Assembly (NCBI GenBank): GCA_030390025.1
Contig: CM059433.1
Coordinates: forward strand, 5,642,001-5,706,000
Origin: Squalus acanthias
Taxonomy: Eukaryota
DNA length: 64,000 nucleotides
Direction: 5' to 3'
Below, piece by piece: positions 13,116 through 25,120 of the stretch (position 1 is its first letter; every line of letters starts with the position of its first letter). A program made the position numbers and the translations under genes. The notes under the pieces are model-generated. The model was not told the origin of the DNA, did not search any database, and was given only the letters and a program-made list of their open reading frames with translations.

Positions 13116-14600
13116 GGCCTAGAAATTGGATATTGGTAAAAACCTGCCGGTGCCACCGCGGGCCGGTGTTAACGGCAGCCAAAAATAGTGACACTGGCAG
13201 GACCGGTAAATTGGTGCAGTGCAAAGCCGTTCTGGTGGCGTTCGTCCCGGCAGGAGGCCCCAATGTAGCGTGGTCGTAGCGTCATTGCAGCAAGAACAGC
13301 CTGCTCTTAAAGCAAGGCTGTCATTTCAGAAAGGAAACTGCCTTCTGAAATGAAAAAAATAAAAATCATGTAAAAATAGGCAGTTTTTAGCCCTTACAGC
13401 TAAACTGCCTTCTGAAAAAACAATTAACATTAAAAGAATTCCCAAATGGGAGTCTTCAGCTTTTAAAGCTGAATTGCCTTCTGCACCTAAAAAAAATAAA
13501 TAAAAGTGCTTCAGCAAGCCAGGGAAGGGGCACTCAAGTTATCGCATGCAGTACTCCAGCTTTGTGCAGGGGGTCAACACTGCAAGAGAGTTCCTCTACC
13601 CACAGGGACCAGGAGGCCCTCCAGAAAGAAGAATATGGGACCAGATTACCCCCACCACCCGCCTACACTGCCCATAGAAGCTTCATGACCTCAGACCAGT
13701 GGTCAAGGTCAGTGAATGCATCTTCAAACGCCGTCTCCTACCAGCTGCACCACTAGCCTCACACACTGCTCAATGCACGACCTCCCCCCCCCCCCCCCAC
13801 CCCGGCCAATCACTCATCTACCAACAATCTGTACCAACTATGAGGCACACCCCCCATTCCTAGCTTCACCTCACCCCCTTGGAGGAGAGGGAGCTGGCCA
13901 TTCTTGAAAGGGGCATGGCTGAGCCCTTGGCCAGCGGCAGGGCTGAAAGGATACAAGATGCTGGTATCCTCATACGCTATCCTCCTTCTCGCATGCACCT
14001 CTTGCTTTTCTGCCCTCCCCTCACCACAACGCCACCCTTGTGCCTTCCTCATTTCACACACCCAAGAAGTGCAGCCTGCACAGCCAGTGGTTGACCAAGA
14101 AGAAGGAGAGGAGAATGAAGAAGAAGAAACACCGTCGCTCGATTTCACACTCCCAGCCACCAGCTCCTCAAGGTCAACCAGCAAGGCCATTTGCAGTGAC
14201 CCTGCACTGAAAGTTAGCAGCCTTCCACCAGCCATGCTGCAGCCACTGGGGTAGCACTGCGTGACATCAGTAGGATAGGCAAAGGCACACACAAAACAAT
14301 CACTAAAGGAACGCATAAGGGTGATGAGTTGATTTCTTTATGTCATATTGGATGGATAGATGTATAAAGTTGGATTGGAAAGTTTGCCTTGGTGGCTTTT
14401 ATCTCAGCATTGTGGCCAAGAGGACACTGTGATGGTCAGTAACAGAGGGGGAAGGTAAGGTGTGGGACTAATGTTGAAAGGGGAATTGGGGTTGTGGTCA
14501 CTGGTACTACAGGCGGATGATTCGCGGCAACAGAAAGGCGTACTTGCAGAAAGATGAGTTCCCCTGCTGTCGTTGTCGCAGTCGTTGCCACTTCCTATCC
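13116..14600 (+). mobile_element. Degraded Harbinger remnant with Myb-gene fragments
   Basis: Starts aat-GGCCTAGAAATTG. Similar to the other copies (gtggtcaaggtcagtgaatgcatcttcaaa; EERELAIL; cagccttccaccagccatgctgcagccactgggg). Confidence 0.65.
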
Positions 14601-15197
14601 CCGAGGTTTGAATGCGCCCTCACCCCACCCCCCCACCCCCAAAATGCAGCAGCTGGCCCTGCCGGTAAGCCTCTAATTCACACTGTGCCCAAAGACAACT
14701 GATTATAATTCTTCTGCCTCGTGTAAACATAGGGATGTCCTTCACTGCAGAGTCTATCTTGGACTTAACAGACATAACAAGTTGTTCTGGTAAACACACC
14801 AAGGGCAGTCTGTTCCATCTTCAGAGCTCTTTCACTATTGTACATAGTTCTTAAAACTCACACAATATTTAAGTCATTGTAATTTTAAAACAATGAGGCC
14901 GCTCCCTGGAGTTTGACTCAACTTGGGTTAGGTACCCAGAGGCTGGCTAATGCCCATGGAAACATACCCCAACAGAGTTCAGTGTCTATCGGAAGGAAGG
15001 GGAATATAAAGTTAGTAAAGAAAGGGTTATGTACATTTCATGCTGGAATCCAGCAACAAGGTTATATTAATAGGAGAAATTACCAGCACTCTTAGATGCC
15101 TTGAAATGACTGTTGGTGTCACAGTGAACACCTGCACTATCGTGTACTGCAAAGCAGTAATATCGGGACAGAGGAGCTGTCCCTGCTGGTCCACTGC

Positions 15198-16659
15198 AGT
15201 TTGAATCGCCCTGCCGCCACAGTCCCTGCCATTCCCAAATGTTTGAATCCCCCTGCGGCCACTGTCCCTGCCATTCCGCGGAGTTTGAATCCCCCTCCAG
15301 CCACTGTCCCTGGCTTTCCCCAATGTTTGAATCTCCCTCCAGCCACTGTCCCTGCCATTCCCCAGAGTTTCAATCTCCCTATAGCCACTGTCCCTGCCAT
15401 TCCCTGGAGTTTCAATCTCCCTATAGCCACTGTCCCTGCCATTCCCCGGAGTTTCAATCTCCCTCCAGCCACTGTCCCTGCCATTCCCCGGAGTTTCAAT
15501 CTCCCTATAGCCACTGTCCCTGCCATTCCCCAGAGTTTCAATCTCCCTACAGCCACTGTCCCTGCCATTCCCCAGAGTTTCAATCTCCCTACAGCCACTG
15601 TCCCTGCCATTCCCCGGAGTTTGAATCACCCTACGGCCACTGTCCCTGCCATTCCCCGGAGTTTGAATCACCCTACGGCCACTGTCCCTGCCATTCCCCA
15701 GAGTTTGAATCTCCCTACAGCCACTGTCCCTGCCATTCCTCGGAGTTTGAATCACCCTACGGCCACTGTCCCTGCCATTCCCCAGAGTTTCAATCTCCCT
15801 ACAGCCACTGTCCCTGCCATTCCCCGGAGTTTGAATCTCCCTACAGCCACTGTCCCTGCCATTCCCCGGAGTTTGAATCACCCTACGGCCACTGTCCCTG
15901 CCATTCCCCGGAGTTTGAATCACCCTACGGCCACTGTCCCTGCCATTCCCCGGAGTTTGAATCCCCCTCCGGCCACTGTCCCTGCCATTCCCCAGAGTTT
16001 CAATCTCCCTACGGCCACTGTCCCTGCCATTCCCCGGAGTTTGAATCCCCCTCCGGCCACTGTCCCTGCCATTCCCCAGAGTTTCAATCTCCCTACGGCC
16101 ACTGTCCCTGCCATTCCCCGGAGTTTGAATCTCCCTACGGCCACTGTCCCTGCCATTCCCCGGAGTTTGAATCTCCCTACGGCCACTGTCCCTGCCATTC
16201 CCCGGAGTTTCAATCACCCTACAGCCACTGTCCCTGCCATTCCCCAGAGTTTCAATCTCCCTACAGCCACTGTCCCTGCCATTCCCCGGAGTTTGAATCA
16301 CCCTCCGGCCACTGTCCCTGCCATTCCCCGGAGTTTCAATCTCCCTACAGCCACTGTCCCTGCCATTCCCCGGAGTTTGAATCACCCTACGGCCACTGTC
16401 CCTGCCATTCCCCGGAGTTTGAATCCCCCTCCAGCCACTGTCCCTGCCATTCCCCGGAGTTTCAATCTCCCTACAGCCACTGTCCCTGCCATTCCCCGGA
16501 GTTTGAATCACCCTACGGCCACTGTCCCTGCCATTCCCCGGAGTTTGAATCCCCCTCCAGCCACTGTCCCTGCCATTCCCCGGAGTTTCAATCTCCCTAC
16601 AGCCACTGTCCCTGCCATTCCCCGGAGTTTGAATCTACCTACGGCCGCTGTCCCTGCCA
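15198..16659. repeat. 42-bp minisatellite, about 35 copies (gccactgtccctgccattccccggagtttgaatcaccctacg)
   Basis: Direct reading. The unit is 14 codons and stop-free in several frames, which explains the 490-540-aa ORFs on both strands. Confidence 0.97.
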
Positions 16660-16698
16660 GTCACCGGGTGAGGGCAAAAGGTTTGCTGATTCAAGGAG

Positions 16699-17049
16699 CC
16701 ATAAGGTGTGATCAGCCATGTTTAGATTGGGTAGCCCACATCTTCCAGGTACAATTCTTGCATTCTATCATCCCCCTCGACAATTGGGGAACTCTTAATT
16801 CCCTCAAGATATGTGAATTGTGACCACTCTCTGGATAATTCCCTCAAGATATGTGAATTGTGACCACTCTCTGGAAAATGAGGGGTAAGTTGTGAACCTT
16901 TTTGCTGGCGGTCACATATCATTGGAACACTAAGGAAGCAGTAGCCTTTTTGTTGCTAAAAGGGAGGGCACTGCCTGAAGCTGTAAAAATGGTTACATAA
17001 ATGTATAATCAGTGGCGCTTTGTACATGGGGAATGCCAGATGATGAGGC
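16699..17049 (-). repeat. Inverted duplicate of 18195-19025 (contains 2 copies of the 40-bp unit)
   Basis: Reverse complement matches 18195-19025 with about 2 mismatches apart from the repeat copy number (351 + 12x40 = 831 bp). Confidence 0.93.
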
Positions 17050-17974
17050 AACGAGTATCTGCGTGCAACCTGGCTAAAATGCGTACTAATAATGACCCTT
17101 TTGAAAATACGGATACCTGCAAAAAAAAGGATAACTGATGGCTTAGGAATCCATAAATGTAGGCTTCACTGTAATTTTTAAATAGAATTTCACCCAATGG
17201 GATGTCAGTTTATTATTAAACATTTACAGTTTGTTCAGACAAGTAAATAATGGCTGTTGCAAAAGGGGGATGATTATTTTATGCAATAGCATGACTTAGA
17301 TTGATGATGCACTTACATAATGGAGGTCTTCATTTGGCTGATTTGTTTTTATTTCCATAAATAGTTCCTTTTCCTTTAACAACACAACAAATTAATAATG
17401 TACTATCTTTCTGAGGAGTTTAGTTCACCCTGTGCACTAGAGCAAGTACATGAATTAAGGGATTGAAATTTTGTGCATTAGCATTGACAGAACATTAGAG
17501 AATTTTTAGTCTTCTGCTTGGGTGCAAACGAAGAGGAAGTGGGCCAGAAAAAGATGAGTGGGCCGGACGCCCCCTCCTACCTCATCTGCTTGCTTACACT
17601 GGGCTTGTGCCTACTACAGACACAGGTCCAGTTACGTCAGTTTTGGGGATGCCTTGAACAACTCAGAGCAGCATTGTGGGGTCAGGGACTTGATGCAGTG
17701 GGTCTCTGCTTCTATTTCCTCTTGCTGTGCCTGAGATCTAAACGTTCCCCAGGTGCAACAAAGTGGAAAGTCTGCCCATTTAATAAAGCAAGAGACTTTA
17801 CGTGAACTCTGCAGCTTGGGTATTGTGTCAAGTCTGTCAATGTTAAATGCTTTGGAGGAAGAGTGAGGAGGAGGAGGTTGAGCATGTACAGCAGGACAAC
17901 ATGGTCTGAGAGGTTTGAGGCCATGGGAGGTGTTCTTCTAGGACTTGGTACTTGATGCATTGTGAGTACTGCTG

Positions 17975-19205
17975 CCATCTGGCGGCACTCTCCTTGGACG
18001 TGAAAGTGCCCAGCGCACTCAGCTTCTATACCACCAGGTCCTTCCAGGCACCAAGAGGTGAAGTAACTAATAAACTAGTATACAGTTCAAGGATGCATGA
18101 CCAAGATAACAAGTCCCCTTCTCCGTTACATATTAGCATACCGCAAGTTCAACAGTGGCATGCAGCACCATCTATAGAGGCAGATGCAATTTTGGCCTCA
18201 TCATCTGGCATTCCCCATGTACAAAGCGCCACTGATTATACATTTATGTAACCATTTTTACAGCTTCAGGCAGTGCCCTCCCTTTTAGCAACAAAAAGGC
18301 TACTGCTTCCTTAGTGTTCCAATGATATGTGACCGCCAGCAAAAAGGTTCACAATTTACCCCTCATTTTCCAGAGAGTGGTCACAATTCACATATCTTGA
18401 GGGAATTATCCAGAGAGTGGTCACAATTCACATATCTTGAGGGAATTATCCAGAGAGTGGTCACAATTCACATATCTTGAGGGAATTATCCAGAGAGTGG
18501 TCACAATTCACATATCTTGAGGGAATTATCCAGAGAGTGGTCACAATTCACATATCTTGAGGGAATTATCCAGAGAGTGGTCACAATTCACATATCTTGA
18601 GGGAATTATCCAGAGAGTGGTCACAATTCACATATCTTGAGGGAATTATCCAGAGAGTGGTCACAATTCACATATCTTGAGGGAATTATCCAGAGAGTGG
18701 TCACAATTCACATATCTTGAGGGAATTATCCAGAGAGTGGTCACAATTCACATATCTTGAGGGAATTATCCAGAGAGTGGTCACAATTCACATATCTTGA
18801 GGGAATTATCCAGAGAGTGGTCACAATTCACATATCTTGAGGGAATTATCCAGAGAGTGGTCACAATTCACATATCTTGAGGGAATTATCCAGAGAGTGG
18901 TCACAATTCACATATCTTGAGGGAATTAAGAGTTCCTCAATTGTCGAGGGGGATGATAGAATGCAAGAATTGTACCTGGAAGATGTGGGCTACCCAATCT
19001 AAACATGGCTGATCACACCTTATGGATACTCCAGACCCAACAAGAAATAGCTTACAATTACACACATTTGCAAAGCAGAAATATAACCGTGCAAACCTCT
19101 ATCATGTTAAAACATTTCCAATATTTACAATATTCTGGTGCTGGATTGCGGTACGACCTGGAACGAATTAACAAGATAGTTGTAGTATGTTACAAGCTGC
19201 ACAGT
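17975..19205 (+). pseudogene. Ancient HARBI1-type (Harbinger DDE) transposase fossil
   Basis: Fragments ALSLDVKVPSALSFYTTRSFQ, GIPHVQSATDYT, NKKGYCFLSVPMICD, FPESGHNSHILRE, GYPI*TWLITP and LRYDLERINKIVVVCYKLH align by eye with the intact transposase at 47088-48112. Confidence 0.8.
18370..18928 (+). repeat. Perfect 40-bp tandem array x14 (ccagagagtggtcacaattcacatatcttgagggaattat)
   Basis: cagagagtgg recurs every 40 bp from 18371 to 18891, with no spacers and no variants seen. Confidence 0.97.
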
Positions 19206-19359
19206 ATTACTAATGAAAAGCATATGCCTGCTTGTCAAAGAACAGGTGCAGCAAGGCAGGTCCCAGGAGAGAATGAAGGGAACATAAATAGCTTCAATGG
19301 CAGCTCAATGATTTTTTATTCCACCTTTATGCAAAAAGGACAGAACTCTAAACACGTGA

Positions 19360-21595
19360 GGGCCAATTTTAACTCGCTCCACCCGGTGGGAACTGAGCGG
19401 TAACGACCCTAAAATCAGAGTGCTGCACTTCCTGTCTAGTTCCCGGTCTGATCCTGCCGCCGCAGTTTCGCCCAGGGCCTTCGCAAGAGCAGCCCAGGGG
19501 CCAGCCTAAAGCAGGCAGGAACCTCATTAAAGTAAATTGAGGCCCTATGATGTCGGCAGGACTCCTACCACTATTTTAAGGTGTAAAAGCGGAAGTAGCA
19601 GTACTACTGGTCGGTAGAGGCATAAAACGGCAATTGGAACGGTATTTAAAGGGGCACTCGCCTGCAAGCACTCGATCATTGGTATCTGTATACAGTTCAC
19701 ATGGCTGAAATTTTTCACAAGTCTTTCCATTGGAATTTGCTGATTTTCACTTTTCTTCTTCTACGCCGTCAAGAAGCACAGTGCTCAAGATAGGAGTCAT
19801 CCTGTGCACTCTACTGTGGTTGAAGGAAAAGGAGCAGCAGCAGCAGAGCAGGGAGCCTCAAGTCGGGGCTCCCTGGAGACGTCACAAGGAGAGCTGCACA
19901 CAGGCGTCTTTACCCATCCATAGGGTCTACAGGCCCAGAGTCACCTACCTCCAATTTTACGAGGAGCAGTGAATCTGGAAGCTACGCTTCTTCAGAGAGG
20001 CTATCACACTCCTGTAATCCTCTTGCAATAAGACCTGCAACCCACTCTTGCAGCAGTCAGAGCTATTTGCCAGCAGTTGATTGCTCAACGCTTCAGCTGA
20101 TCTACTCCATTCCCTTACCCTACCTCCCACCGCCACATTAACACTCCTCAATACGACCTCTACCAGTCCTTACACCCTGTAATAAAGAACTTTGAAACTC
20201 TGATCAACTTTCATATACATGACACCTGACTTTGCAGGTTCAGTAGCTACTATGACACGACGCTGCAGAAAAAGTTGGAAAGTGAAAAGCTGTGATTTTT
20301 GTTTAATGGCTGATACAAGAGCCATAACATCATATTTTTACCCATGTGTTAACCCATAGTGCTTTTGTTAAGTAACTTCTTGCCTGTTCTAATACTCCTA
20401 CGAAGTGCTCCCCCAGTGGCTTCAGCATGGGTGGTGGAAGGCTGTTGATGCTCAGATGAGGGCCCTTGAAATACTCGTGGTCGGCGACCTCTAGGAACTC
20501 GGGCCTGAGACAACGCGGTTGCAGACTGCAGCATCTCGACTGCTGCCAGGCAGTCTGGCCCAGCTGATTTTCTGGCATCATAGCTGGCTTTGGGTGAGGG
20601 AGCAAACATACTGTCATCCTGAGAGAGGGCAACATATGCCACTCCTGTTGCATCACTACCACTCCCATGGGGCTTCAGCTCATCACTCCCACTGATCTGC
20701 GGGACAGCAGGCTGTAGGAGAGCTGCGACACAATTGAAGCCTTTCGAAGGCAGTGGTGACATGAAGCCTTGAGCTTGAATGGCACTAGTTTGAGACACAG
20801 ACTCCTGGTGTGAGGGCCCAACTGCAGCATTCACAGAGGTGACCACACACTCCATGGTAGGCTACAGAGCACTGATACCTTGCACAAGAATGCCATACAA
20901 GCGGGAAGCGGATATAGTGCTGCAGCTTCAAGGCAGGTTTTCCAATACCTCATACAATTGCATATATGCAGAAAGAAGTTTTCTTTTGAAGGCTGGGCCC
21001 CTGAAGTCAGCATCTCTTCTGTCCTCAGCAGAGCTGGAGCTGAGCTATCCCTATGGTGAGCCATCTCCTGATCTGTCCTTTCTACTAGCCCCTGTTCCTG
21101 CTCGCTTGTGCTCTGTGATTCACCAGGTGCAGACCCCTCTAACTTACTATCTATCCCACCTCGGGTGGTGGGATGGAGTGAATGTTGGTGCTTCTTCAGG
21201 AGGACTCTTCTCAGTGATGTTCTGCAGGCTCCATGTCCTCAGATGGACCTAGAAAAAGGGGAGAGGGATATGGGTAAGCATGACACTGAAAGACTCAGCA
21301 GTGGCAGATGATTAGCAGCACTATGCAGCATTAGGTTGCCAAGCTGCCTGAATGTGTGATTAGCTTGAGGAAAGAGAAAAGGTACAAGTAATAGGCCTCA
21401 CTGTCACTGATACTCCCTGCTGTGCCTGCCCCGAGGATGTCTATGGCTTCTTTCTCCATCTGGGTTAGGGCTAGGATGGAGGCTGACGCTGCCTCCAGTT
21501 CTGATCCTCTCCTGATTATTGTAGAAAAAGAGGGAGAGTTATTACGTGGTTCCTGTAAAGGGTGTTGAGCAGATGTGTGAGGCAACTTCATATAG
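19360..21595. mobile_element. Degraded Harbinger element (transposase 5' remnant on +, Myb gene on -); host of the Gypsy insertion, probably continuing after 29286
   Basis: GGGCCAATTTT terminus-like sequence; RVYRPRVTYLQFYEEQ*IWKLRF at about 19920-19995; minus-strand Myb C-terminal motifs (SQDDS...QQPSTTHAEATGGALRRS) at 20349-20855. Confidence 0.7.
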
Positions 21596-21789
21596 TGTCG
21601 TAAGAATGAGCCTTACGCGTGGTGAACTTAAAGTAAGCTTTAATCAACTAAAAAGGTGCTACATACAAAAGAGGTCTTACTCTATGCCTCTCCAGGATCC
21701 AACTGATCAGTCCAGTATTTATCCTGGACTAATCACAGGAAGTGATGCAATAAAGTTCGAGTCACAGGAAGCTGTATTGTGTTACCACA
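21596..21789 (-). repeat. Gypsy 3' LTR (194 bp); PPT at 21790-21808
   Basis: tgtcgtaag...gttaccaca, preceded on the minus strand by a G-run plus AGAA. Confidence 0.96.
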
Positions 21790-21814
21790 TTCTCCCCCCC
21801 CCCCCCCCAAAAGA

Positions 21815-24508
21815 TTAGGAGGCCGGGATGCTCCCTCCATTTCGTAGCCGCTGGACGAGGGAGAGCCGCACCCGTTTGGGTTCTCGTAGCGGTAGAGGGC
21901 CCCTAGCCCGTTTACCCGCCGCGGGCCGTGGACCAGAGTCCGAGTGATCCAGCCCGCTCTGTGAGGGGTCAGGATGATCCTGACTGTGTACTGGTGCCCG
22001 AACGGGTGTCGGGCAGGGCTGTGGCAGATCCGTTTCCGAGCGTACGGTACGGGGTGGATCGTGGCTGCGCGTGCGAGCCCCGACGGGCTCATAGTCAGTC
22101 TGCCCCAGGTCGGCACGCTGGAGTGAGGTACCAGCCGGCGTCAGATCCAGATCGTGATGAGAGGCACCTGGCGAGCCCAGAGATGTGCCTGGTACAATAT
22201 CATCCCCTGGTGTCCCTCTATGTTTCGGCGGGCAGGGAGCCAGATCCCGCAATGACACGGTAGATTCCCGACCGTCAGGATACCGAATATAGGCGTAGGT
22301 AGGGTTGACGTCAGTGAGCTCAACCTCATCTACCAGGGGGTCATTCTTAGACGCCCGGACATATCTTCGGAGTAGCACTGGTCCCGGTGCAGTCAGCCAC
22401 GACGGGAGAGATATCCCATAGGATGAGCGACGCTGAAATCGGAAGAACCGTTCATGAGGCGTCGTATTTGTGGCGGTCGAAAGGAGGGACCGTGTGGAGT
22501 GTAATGCGTCTGGAAGTACTGCTTCCCATTGCTGGTTGGGTAGGCCCCGAGATCTCAAAGCCAGACGTACCGCATTCCAGATGATAGCGTTAAAACGCTC
22601 GACTTGCCCATTCCCGACCGGATGATAAGGCGTCGTTCTGCTGGCAGCAATACCCCGTTCCGAGAGATAGGCCTCGAGTTCTCCTGACATAAAAGAAGGG
22701 CCCCGATCCGAATGAACATAGGATGCCATGCCACAGAAAGCAAATACCTGCTCAAGGCAGCTGATAACCGTGGTCGTCAGCATATTGGGGCAGGGAAAGG
22801 CAAACGGAAAACGGGAATACTCATCGACCATGGTCAATAGATAAGTGTTGCGAGTTGAAGAGGGCAACGGCCCCTTAAAATCGATGCTAAGCCGTTGCAT
22901 TGGCTGGGTCGCATGTATGAGTATACCACCCGAGGGGCGGAAAAACTGAGGTTTCAATTCCGCACAGACTCTGCAGTCCGAGCACATCTTCTTTACATCC
23001 CCGGTAGAGAATGGGAGATTTCGGGACCGCACGAAGTGTAGCATGCGAGTAACGCCCGGATGACACAACCCATCATGGATGTCTACGAGCGTAGAGGGTG
23101 CCATGGCGGAGCAGAATGCTCGTGTGAGGGTATCCGGAGCCACATTCTCCTTGCCAGGTCGATAGTGGATGGTGTAACCAAAAGAGGCCAATTCCAGCCG
23201 CCAAAGCTGGATTTTATTATTTTTAATTTTCGTCCGTTTTCGATTATCGAGCATGAAGGCGACCGATCGCTGGTCCGTGATTAAGGTAACGTGCTGGCGA
23301 GCTAGGAGATGACTCCACTTCCGTACTGCCTCTATAATGGCTGTAGCTTCTTTCTCGACTGGAGGATAATGTAGCTCAGCCCCTTGAAAAGTCCTGGACA
23401 AAAATGCCACCGGACGACCTTCCTGATTCAGAGTGGCCGAGATCGCCACCTCCGAGGCATCACACTCAACAACAAAAGGAAGACTCTCATCGATGGAGTG
23501 AAGAGCCGCTTTCTCCAACTGTTTTTTCAGGAGGTTAAAGGCTGCAACAGCCGCTGTGTCTAGTGGGAATGTGCTGGCCTTCAGTAGAGGTTGGATTCGG
23601 TCCGAGAAGTTAGGAATCCATTTAGCATAGTATGCAAACAGGCCGAGGGCCCGGCGCAAGGAGGCCGGATTCTTAGGTGGCGGGAGTTCTTGGAGTGGGC
23701 GAAGCCTTTCAGGGTCAGGTTTAATGATGCCATTGCCCACACAATAGCCAAGGATGTTGATGGTTGGTTGTGACTCAATGGATTTAGCCGCATTTAATGT
23801 CAAATTACGGTGCTGGAGTGCATCCCAAAATCGTTGGAGATTGGCGTCATGTTCCCGCTGATTGCGACCTGCGACAGTAATATTGTCCAGATAAGGAAAC
23901 GTATCCTTCAAGTCTTCCTGTTTGACCAGGTCATCCATTGCTCGCTGGAAGACAGCCACTCCATTAGTGACCCCAAAGGGGAGGCGACGAAATTGATACA
24001 GCCGTCCATTGGCTTCAAAGGCCGTATACTGCTTGTCTGAGACCTTCAAGGGTACCTGATGATAGGCACTTTTCAGATCATATGTTGAGAACACCGTGTA
24101 CTCAGCCAGTTTATTAACCATATCATCGATGCGCGGCAATGGGTATGCGTCCAAGTCCGTATATTGATTGATGGTCTGTGAATAGTCAATGCACAGCCGT
24201 TTCTTGTGAGGTTGTAGAGGGTTCTTAACAATAACGACCTGGGCGCGCCATGGCGACGAACAAGGCTCGATGATATCCTCTGCTAAAAGCCGAGAAATCT
24301 CAGCCGCAATAAAAGACTGGTCTTCCTGACTGAAACGTCGTGACTTTGTTATAATCGGTTTGCATCGAGGAGGGATACTGGTAAACAGTGAGGGTTCATC
24401 CAGTGAAGCTGCTGACAATGCACAGAACGGTAATCGAGGTAGTATATTAGAAATAGTGAGTTCAGGTTTGGATCCGCCGAACTCAATGGTGAGCTTCTTA
24501 TGCTGCTT
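21815..24508 (-). CDS. Gypsy pol: RT (YLDN), RNase H, integrase (HHCC, DDE); uninterrupted frame
   Basis: RLCIDYS, DAYPLPRIDD, DLKSAYHQ, LPFG, FPYLDN; ECDAS...EKEA...TDQ...DTLTR; H..CH...C..C; IDFKG, SDRG, VERFN. No chromodomain seen. Confidence 0.95.
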   Translation of the reverse strand, partial: KQHKKLTIEFGGSKPELTISNILPRLPFCALSAASLDEPSLFTSIPPRCKPIITKSRRFSQEDQSFIAAEISRLLAEDIIEPCSSPWRAQVVIVKNPLQPHKKRLCIDYSQTINQYTDLDAYPLPRIDDMVNKLAEYTVFSTYDLKSAYHQVPLKVSDKQYTAFEANGRLYQFRRLPFGVTNGVAVFQRAMDDLVKQEDLKDTFPYLDNITVAGRNQREHDANLQRFWDALQHRNLTLNAAKSIESQPTINILGYCVGNGIIKPDPERLRPLQELPPPKNPASLRRALGLFAYYAKWIPNFSDRIQPLLKASTFPLDTAAVAAFNLLKKQLEKAALHSIDESLPFVVECDASEVAISATLNQEGRPVAFLSRTFQGAELHYPPVEKEATAIIEAVRKWSHLLARQHVTLITDQRSVAFMLDNRKRTKIKNNKIQLWRLELASFGYTIHYRPGKENVAPDTLTRAFCSAMAPSTLVDIHDGLCHPGVTRMLHFVRSRNLPFSTGDVKKMCSDCRVCAELKPQFFRPSGGILIHATQPMQRLSIDFKGPLPSSTRNTYLLTMVDEYSRFPFAFPCPNMLTTTVISCLEQVFAFCGMASYVHSDRGPSFMSGELEAYLSERGIAASRTTPYHPVGNGQVERFNAIIWNAVRLALRSRGLPNQQWEAVLPDALHSTRSLLSTATNTTPHERFFRFQRRSSYGISLPSWLTAPGPVLLRRYVRASKNDPLVDEVELTDVNPTYAYIRYPDGRESTVSLRDLAPCPPKHRGTPGDDIVPGTSLGSPGASHHDLDLTPAGTSLQRADLGQTDYEPVGARTRSHDPPRTVRSETDLPQPCPTPVRAPVHSQDHPDPSQSGLDHSDSGPRPAAGKRARGPLPLREPKRVRLSLVQRLRNGGSIPAS

Positions 24509-25120
24509 TTAAAAATTCAGCCCTAAGATAAGATCACTACATAAGTCCTTGAGCACCGAAAGCCGGGTGGAGGGATACCTGTGACCATTAAGTGTTATTT
24601 CAACCATACAAAAGCCAGAAATTCTGGTATTAAGTGATGACTGAGCCATCGCAATTGCCTGGTCCGATGGGAAAACATGTAGCTTTAACTCTGCAACAAT
24701 CTGTTCCCTAATGAAACTATCAGTGCTACCTGAGTCAATTAAGGCATCTAAAGTATGTCCATTAATTGATGCTTTTGTAGCTGCATGGAATAGGTTCTGA
24801 GGACAAGCAGCTGTAATTGGTGTCGTTGCACAAAGAGTGGCTGAAACTCTAGGTGTGTTTCTTCGAGAGGAAACCCGAGAGGAAGCACGATAGATTTTAG
24901 CCGGAACATCTTGATAGGCCCTTACCGGGGCAGTTCGGTAGGACTTAGCTTGATAAGCCCTCGTAGAGGCTCTTGATAGGCAAACCTTTGCAAAATGACC
25001 CTTTTTGTTGCAATGACTGCAAAACGCATTGCGAGCAGGGCAGAATTTCCGAGGGTGAAACTCATCACCACAAAAGAAGCATTTCTTAGATTGCCAAGAG
25101 GCTGCCACAGTGGGGTCATA
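24509..25120 (-). pseudogene. Gypsy gag C-terminus (two CCHC knuckles) and aspartic protease; single in-frame TAA at 24509-24511
   Basis: CFFCGDEFHPRKFC, CSHCNKKGHFAKVC, LIDSGST, ILGLNF*KQH; same frame as the downstream pol. Confidence 0.92.

Noticed and set aside
15027..16823. 490-540-aa ORFs on both strands as real genes
   Set aside because: Explained by a stop-free 42-bp repeat; no splice or domain support.
18370..18928. CRISPR-like regular array
   Set aside because: Units are identical and head-to-tail with no unique spacers, the unit derives from a transposase fossil, there are no cas genes, and the context is vertebrate.
24506..24514. Programmed readthrough or frameshift between protease and RT
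   Set aside because: The TAA sits in the protease C-terminal LG..F.K motif where a sense codon (e.g. CAA) is expected; a point mutation is simpler, pending the family consensus.
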